Source: Candidatus Omnitrophota bacterium
Lineage (GTDB): Bacteria; Omnitrophota; Gorgyraeia; B26-G9
Length of the DNA stretch: 64,000 bases
Direction: 5' to 3'
NCBI GenBank assembly: GCA_018817585.1
Contig: JAHITE010000081.1
Location: forward strand, 4,549 to 68,548
Each line of letters starts with the position of its first letter. Position 1 is the first letter of the stretch. The position numbers and the translations under genes were made by a program. Below the pieces are notes generated by a model. The model had not been told where the DNA came from. It did no database searches and saw nothing but the letters and a program-made list of their open reading frames with translations. This document shows positions 59,185 through 64,000 of this stretch, piece by piece.

Positions 59185-60936
59185 TTATTTTTTAAAGAAA
59201 AAGCCTTTATTGCCGTCTTTTTTATCCGCTTTTTCTTCAACTGTTTTTTCTTTTACTGGTTTAGCAGCAACCGGAGTAGTTACCTGTGTTTGTTTTTTAG
59301 TTACAGGCTGTGCTTCGGCAGCAGGCTTATTAATTTCTGCTGCTGATTCCGGACTAAATGCTGCTTCGTCAATCACCATTACACTTTCCGGTAATACCGC
59401 AGGTAATGTCATTGCCGGAGAAACCGCTGGAATAATTGCTTCTTTATTCGGCTGTTCAACAAACATCTCTCCTTCAATAAAACTATCTTCTTTTGCTTTT
59501 GCCTTAGTGCTGGCTTCGACCAAATTATCATCATCCCCCAGGTTAACCAGTCTTTGCACATCCAAAGCTTTGGTTATTTCCTGGCGCTTAGCTAAAGTTT
59601 CCTCTTTTACAATATGCGGAGTAATGAAAATCAAAAGATCATTTTTAATTATTTCCTCAGATTTATGGGTAAACAATAATCCTAATATCGGAAGATCTCC
59701 CAGCAAAGGTACTTTGGTTTTTGTGGTTACTACTTTGTCTTTTATTAATCCGCCGATAACCAAAGTATTTCCATCTTTAATCATTACAGTACAATCTGTT
59801 GATTGGGTGGTTAAAACCGGGACACGCGCGCCTTGAAAATCAATTTCTTCCTGTTTATCGCTGATCTCTGGATGCAGTTTTAAAGTAACATAGCCGTTCT
59901 GGTTAATCGTTGGTGTGACTTTCAGCAAAATCCCGTAACTTTTATATTCCCAGCCGCTGATTACAAATCTGTCTGTCTGTTCATTATATGTATAGTTAGC
60001 AATCGGCCAATCTGTTCCCACATGAATTTCTGCAGGCTCATTATCCAGGGTTGTAATTCTTGGATTGGAAAGTATTTTAGTTTTACCTCTGCTCTGAATA
60101 GCTTCAAGTAAAACATTGAATGCGCTGCCGTCTAAAATTCCATAAGAAAATTGCGAGGCTTCAGCTAAAGGAAATGAACTGGCTCCGGGATGAAAAGTCG
60201 CGGCATCGTCCCCATTAGGGAGAACATTACTATATGTTTCGCCAGCACTATTAGACGGCCAAGGAAATGTCGTTGGACGACTGGACATGCCCGCGCTGTA
60301 TGAAGCATTCCATTTTATTCCTAAATCCTGGGAATTAGTCATATTAGTTTCCACAATCTTAGCTTCGATTGAAACCTGAGGAGTCATGGAATCAAGTCTT
60401 TTAATTACCTGAGCGATTTTATAAATATTTGTGGGGATATCTGTAACAATTATTAAATTTGCCCGATCATCTGCTTTTATTTTTCCTCTGTCAGAGCGCA
60501 TTTCGGCAATCGCTTCGGCAACGCTTGCTGCTTTAGCATAATTTAGGGGAAAAACATCAGTTACCAGATTTTCCTGTCCCTGTTTGTCTAAAGTAGTAAC
60601 CCGGATAATATTCGCTTCCCGCTCATAGGCATAGGCATATGTACGGCAAATTACATCCAAGGCCTTTTCCCAAGGGATATCAGTTATCTGAACTGTAACC
60701 AAACCTTTTACTTCCGGATCAGACACAATGCTTACATTTCCCTTTAATGCCAACACTCTAAAAACATCATGAATATCCGCGTCTTTAAACTCAACACTGA
60801 TATTCCCTTCCCCAGCATCTTCAACCTGCATTTCATTAACACCATTAGCCGCGATAAAAGATGCCACTCCTAAAATCAAGATAAATACTACTGCCGCCAG
60901 CTTAACCTTAAACATTAAATTTTTATCAGTCCCCAT
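59185..60936 (-). CDS. pilQ: Type IV pilus secretin PilQ
   Basis: C-terminal secretin domain ...GGLIKDKVVTTKTKVPLLGDLPILGLLF; N0/N1-like domains; Lys/Pro-rich N-terminal linker; 583 aa. Confidence 0.85.
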   Translation of the reverse strand: MGTDKNLMFKVKLAAVVFILILGVASFIAANGVNEMQVEDAGEGNISVEFKDADIHDVFRVLALKGNVSIVSDPEVKGLVTVQITDIPWEKALDVICRTYAYAYEREANIIRVTTLDKQGQENLVTDVFPLNYAKAASVAEAIAEMRSDRGKIKADDRANLIIVTDIPTNIYKIAQVIKRLDSMTPQVSIEAKIVETNMTNSQDLGIKWNASYSAGMSSRPTTFPWPSNSAGETYSNVLPNGDDAATFHPGASSFPLAEASQFSYGILDGSAFNVLLEAIQSRGKTKILSNPRITTLDNEPAEIHVGTDWPIANYTYNEQTDRFVISGWEYKSYGILLKVTPTINQNGYVTLKLHPEISDKQEEIDFQGARVPVLTTQSTDCTVMIKDGNTLVIGGLIKDKVVTTKTKVPLLGDLPILGLLFTHKSEEIIKNDLLIFITPHIVKEETLAKRQEITKALDVQRLVNLGDDDNLVEASTKAKAKEDSFIEGEMFVEQPNKEAIIPAVSPAMTLPAVLPESVMVIDEAAFSPESAAEINKPAAEAQPVTKKQTQVTTPVAAKPVKEKTVEEKADKKDGNKGFFFKK

Positions 60937-61312
60937 TTTTATCTCCCCCTCCTTTTTTTAAGTAAATCACAATAACTTTCCCCTCTTTTTGCAAAAGCAC
61001 ACTGTCTTTTTTTATTTTTAAAACCTGCAGATTCATAATTCGCTGCTGTTCTTTAACTGGTTTCCCATTAATGATCGCCAGCGAATTACCATTAGGATCC
61101 CAAATAACTCCTTCGAGTTCAACATTCGTTGATTCGGTAATTTCTCTGGCTCCGGGCAGGATCCGGCCATCACTGGTTACCAAAGAAATAAACGGATCAC
61201 GCGTCTGTTTATCTTTATAGACAAAATCGCGATCAGCCTTAGCAAAAGCCGATGCGCTCAAGAGCAACAGAATAACAATAATCAATATTTTTTTAAACAC
61301 TATTATCCTCAC
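60926..61312 (-). CDS. pilP: PilP-like pilus assembly lipoprotein
   Basis: Signal peptide; RDPF motif; beta-sandwich-like GVIWDPNGNSLAIINGKPV; 128 aa. Position between pilO and pilQ. Confidence 0.55.
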   Translation of the reverse strand: MRIIVFKKILIIVILLLLSASAFAKADRDFVYKDKQTRDPFISLVTSDGRILPGAREITESTNVELEGVIWDPNGNSLAIINGKPVKEQQRIMNLQVLKIKKDSVLLQKEGKVIVIYLKKGGGDKNGD

Positions 61313-61856
61313 TCAAGCAAAAAGCATAGATAGAAATAAACACTTGAATCTTATCTGTGTCTGGATCGTCTTTTCTAATTTTCAGATTACCAATCCGCAT
61401 AAATTTATCAGCGGATTCAATGTCATTTATAAACTTTCCTAATTCATGATACCCGCAATAGGCATCAATAAAAACCGGAATATTGATGAAAAATAAACCT
61501 TGCGCTTCAGTTATTTTCTGGGGTTCAATAGCAACAATTTTCACATCATTATTTTTCGCTAATTTTGAAATTAATTCCAGAAAAACCGGAAAATCTTTTT
61601 GCGCGGGCAGACCGGCTAAAAAATCATTATAGGCTTGACTTAAAGATGCTTCCTCTTTTTCTACAAAAGCAAAGTTTTTAATCCCAGTATCAAGCTCATT
61701 CAAAATCGCCCGTTTATCCGCGATTTCTTTGGATACTTTCTGCATATTCATCACCTGGGGCACAGTTAAGAACAAACAAACTCCGGCAATACACCCCAGA
61801 ATAATCTGGAATATGGGAATTTTTATTTTTTTCAAAAAAGAAATATCTAAACTCAT
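61293..61856 (-). CDS. pilO: PilO-like type IV pilus assembly protein
   Basis: N-terminal TM plus coiled coil, then a ferredoxin-like domain; 187 aa. Gene order pilM-N-O-P-Q. Confidence 0.55.
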   Translation of the reverse strand: MSLDISFLKKIKIPIFQIILGCIAGVCLFLTVPQVMNMQKVSKEIADKRAILNELDTGIKNFAFVEKEEASLSQAYNDFLAGLPAQKDFPVFLELISKLAKNNDVKIVAIEPQKITEAQGLFFINIPVFIDAYCGYHELGKFINDIESADKFMRIGNLKIRKDDPDTDKIQVFISIYAFCLSEDNSV

Positions 61857-62476
61857 AAATTAACATCCGGTTTAAACAAACAAAGTAAAGTAAAGTCCAT
61901 AACTTCGATTGAAGCAATACTCCGGCTCACCACTCCCTCTAGCTCAATATTACTAAATTCATTTATAAACTCATCGCTGGTTTTAAGCCTTCTGATTAAC
62001 TTACCGATAATCCCCATTTCATCGCGGGTGATTGAAACAACACTTGCTCCAATCTTTAAATGATTAATTGAATTACCGGGATAATTAGGATCAAGCATTG
62101 GATTAATTATTTTTCGTTCTAAAGATATATTTCTCAGCCAAATCCCCGGCAAGATCAATTCATCTAAAAAGTAAAGTTTTTTTGACCATAAAAACCGATT
62201 ATTCACAAAAGGACTGAACAAAGCATTTGTTGATTTTAAACTCTGCATTCTCCGCTGCAAAGCAATGATCTTCTGTTGTTCCGGGGCTAATCCTTCTAAT
62301 CTTGTATTAATCGCGTTAAGCGTAAGTGTCCGGGAAAGATTCATCCCTGTAACAATCAATAAAACTACAAGCAAAACAGCGTTACTACTAATCAGAATTA
62401 AATTTACCGGCACATTTTTGGATGTTGATTTCCGCAATACCTTATATTCAGCTGGAAGTAAATTTATTTCTATCAT
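61853..62476 (-). CDS. pilN: PilN-like type IV pilus assembly protein
   Basis: N-terminal MIEINLLPAEYK (conserved INLLP), then a TM helix; 207 aa. Confidence 0.65.
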   Translation of the reverse strand: MIEINLLPAEYKVLRKSTSKNVPVNLILISSNAVLLVVLLIVTGMNLSRTLTLNAINTRLEGLAPEQQKIIALQRRMQSLKSTNALFSPFVNNRFLWSKKLYFLDELILPGIWLRNISLERKIINPMLDPNYPGNSINHLKIGASVVSITRDEMGIIGKLIRRLKTSDEFINEFSNIELEGVVSRSIASIEVMDFTLLCLFKPDVNL

Positions 62477-62479
62477 TAT

Positions 62480-63532
62480 TTAGCCTCTTAAAGCCAATCC
62501 CACGGCAACAGTTAAAAGCGGGCCGGTTTCCACTAATTTTTCTCTGGGTAAAGCTTCATTGACCATTAATATCCGGGTTGGATCCCAAATTTCCACATCA
62601 ACTCCCAGGATACCGCTTAAGACTTTACCAATTCCCTTAAATTTAGCCATCCCCCCGGTGAGAAAAATTTTCTGCACTGAACCACCGAGCTGACTTTCGC
62701 AATAATTAAACGATAATTGCATTTCATCAGCCAAAGAATCTATAACCGGACGAATCGCGGTGATTAAATCTCCATATCGAGTCTGAGGATTATGCTTAAG
62801 CTCATCCGCTTCTTCAACCGTCATCTCAAATTCCTCAATTATCGCTCTGGTAAAATTATTGCCGCCAATCGACACATCGCGATTAAAATACGGAACATTA
62901 TCCTTTAAAATCGTAGTACTGGTAATATCCGCGCCAATATCTAAAACAGCAATAATTCCTTTATTTTCCTGGCTGACTAATTGAAACGAATTCACAATGG
63001 CAAAAGAATCAACGTCAATAACATTAGCCTTCAGCCCGGCTTTAGAAAGAACAGCAATCCGTTCCTTGATAATATCTTTTTTAACCGCAACCAGCATAAC
63101 TCGCATCATTTTAGATCTTTTATCTGAATCATCGAGTATTTGACAATCAGAGTTTACTTCATCGACCCCAAAAGGAATATATTTTCCAATACCAAGTTTA
63201 AGCGCTTTATCTAACTCATCTTTCGTCATTTTAGGCATTTGAATATACCGGACAATCACTGCCTGTCCGGAAACCGAAGTATTGACAGAGGTGACATTGA
63301 TATTGGCGTTTTTCATCGCTGTTTTTATGGTTGCGGCAATTGTATCATTGTTGACCGGATAAGTAAAGCGCTGGACATCAAAACTAACCAGTTCTTTGAG
63401 TTTGCTATTGGGTTTTGAACACAATTGCACAACCTTAACACTGGAATTGCCAATATCCAGTCCGACTTCAAATTTTGGCTTCTGTTTTATAAATTTATTT
63501 AATATAGTCTTTATTTTTTCCATAGTTTTCAA
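62480..63532 (-). CDS. pilM: Type IV pilus assembly ATPase-fold protein PilM
   Basis: Actin-like fold VGLDIGNSSVKVVQL; 350 aa. Confidence 0.85.
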   Translation of the reverse strand: MKTMEKIKTILNKFIKQKPKFEVGLDIGNSSVKVVQLCSKPNSKLKELVSFDVQRFTYPVNNDTIAATIKTAMKNANINVTSVNTSVSGQAVIVRYIQMPKMTKDELDKALKLGIGKYIPFGVDEVNSDCQILDDSDKRSKMMRVMLVAVKKDIIKERIAVLSKAGLKANVIDVDSFAIVNSFQLVSQENKGIIAVLDIGADITSTTILKDNVPYFNRDVSIGGNNFTRAIIEEFEMTVEEADELKHNPQTRYGDLITAIRPVIDSLADEMQLSFNYCESQLGGSVQKIFLTGGMAKFKGIGKVLSGILGVDVEIWDPTRILMVNEALPREKLVETGPLLTVAVGLALRG

Positions 63533-63696
63533 CTAATTCAAATTTTTTCAAAAGGAGCTTTTTAAATTTTTTTATTGTTGATTTAGTTTAACATAGATCA
63601 ACAAGCGATTCAAGACATATTTAAGTGCTCACTGATAAACATCTTAGCTATAAAATTCCGGAATAATAAAGTATTTAGCTCAAGCTATATTTTTGC

Positions 63697-64000
63697 TTAT
63701 GCGCAAATAGCAATAGTATTCTCCATCGTAACCTGGGATATTATTACCGGAAGGATTAAATTCTTAAGGTTTTTCGCTGATTTTAATTTAATCTGAACAT
63801 AGTTATCAGCATACCCCATCCAATATCCATCTTTGCTTAATTCCTCAAAAAGCACCCAGTTTTTTTTATTAAGCAGTTTTTTTCTCGATTCAAAACTAAT
63901 CAGATTAGCAAAATCAGCCAGCTTTTTTTTACGCAGATCTTTAACCTTGGAATCAATCTGATTGGGCATTGTTGCTGCCGGAGTGCCCGGCCGAGGACTA
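63697..64000 (-). CDS. MiaB/MtaB/RimO-family radical SAM methylthiotransferase, C-terminal fragment (TRAM domain). The gene continues beyond the window end.
   Basis: The reading frame is open through 64000. The translation contains SPRPGTPAA (family hallmark) followed by a TRAM-like ...WMGYADNYVQIKL... segment. Confidence 0.7.
   Translation of the reverse strand, partial: SPRPGTPAATMPNQIDSKVKDLRKKKLADFANLISFESRKKLLNKKNWVLFEELSKDGYWMGYADNYVQIKLKSAKNLKNLILPVIISQVTMENTIAICA

Noticed and set aside
59111-59836. 241-aa plus-strand ORF antisense to pilQ
   Set aside because: Antisense reading frame of the Lys/Pro/Ala-rich PilQ linker region. The translation is low-complexity and has no start context.
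1-64000. Mobile elements, prophage or defence islands
   Set aside because: No transposase, integrase, recombinase, reverse transcriptase, restriction-modification or toxin-antitoxin signatures were recognised in any frame. The window looks like core chromosome with accessory surface-modification and pilus modules.

Overview
The window is AT-rich bacterial chromosomal DNA, almost entirely coding, with about 85% of genes on the minus strand; no rRNA, tRNA, CRISPR or mobile-element genes were seen. Gene content in order: a pyrimidine operon (pyrR-pyrB-pyrC ... pyrK) with a PyrR-binding attenuator leader, interrupted by an EndoQ-like PHP nuclease, a flavodoxin and mutM; a glycan/lipid-modification cluster with four B12-binding radical-SAM enzymes, an FAD oxidoreductase, a NodB-family deacetylase, a GT2 polyprenyl-phosphate sugar transferase-like enzyme and a GT-C (PMT/ArnT-like) membrane protein with TPR repeats; rpoN, a TolB-like propeller protein and pyruvate kinase; a type IV pilus / c-di-GMP neighbourhood (giant PilX-like protein, two PilZ proteins, a transglutaminase-like protein, an ABC exporter, a pseudopilin, and further on pilMNOPQ and an HD-GYP protein); wecB, surE, an orphan AmmeMemoRadiSam-type radical SAM, an ATP-dependent DNA ligase, a Nudix hydrolase, rmlD, a 906-aa six-hairpin glycosidase/phosphorylase-like protein, a Ski2-like helicase, lpdA, argS, and the conserved rplU-rpmA-obg-proB-proA-nadD-rsfS block with rng, which is split by a frameshift in a T6 homopolymer. 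Non-coding highlights: a GC-elevated, ORF-free ~450-nt locus with an extended -10 promoter and an intrinsic terminator (candidate structured ncRNA of unknown class); two different 9-bp tandem-repeat arrays directly upstream of promoters (one in front of the pilin gene); and recurring GGTCACCAGG-type palindromic repeats at convergent gene ends. All identifications are from reading the sequence and recognising motifs; no database searches were run.
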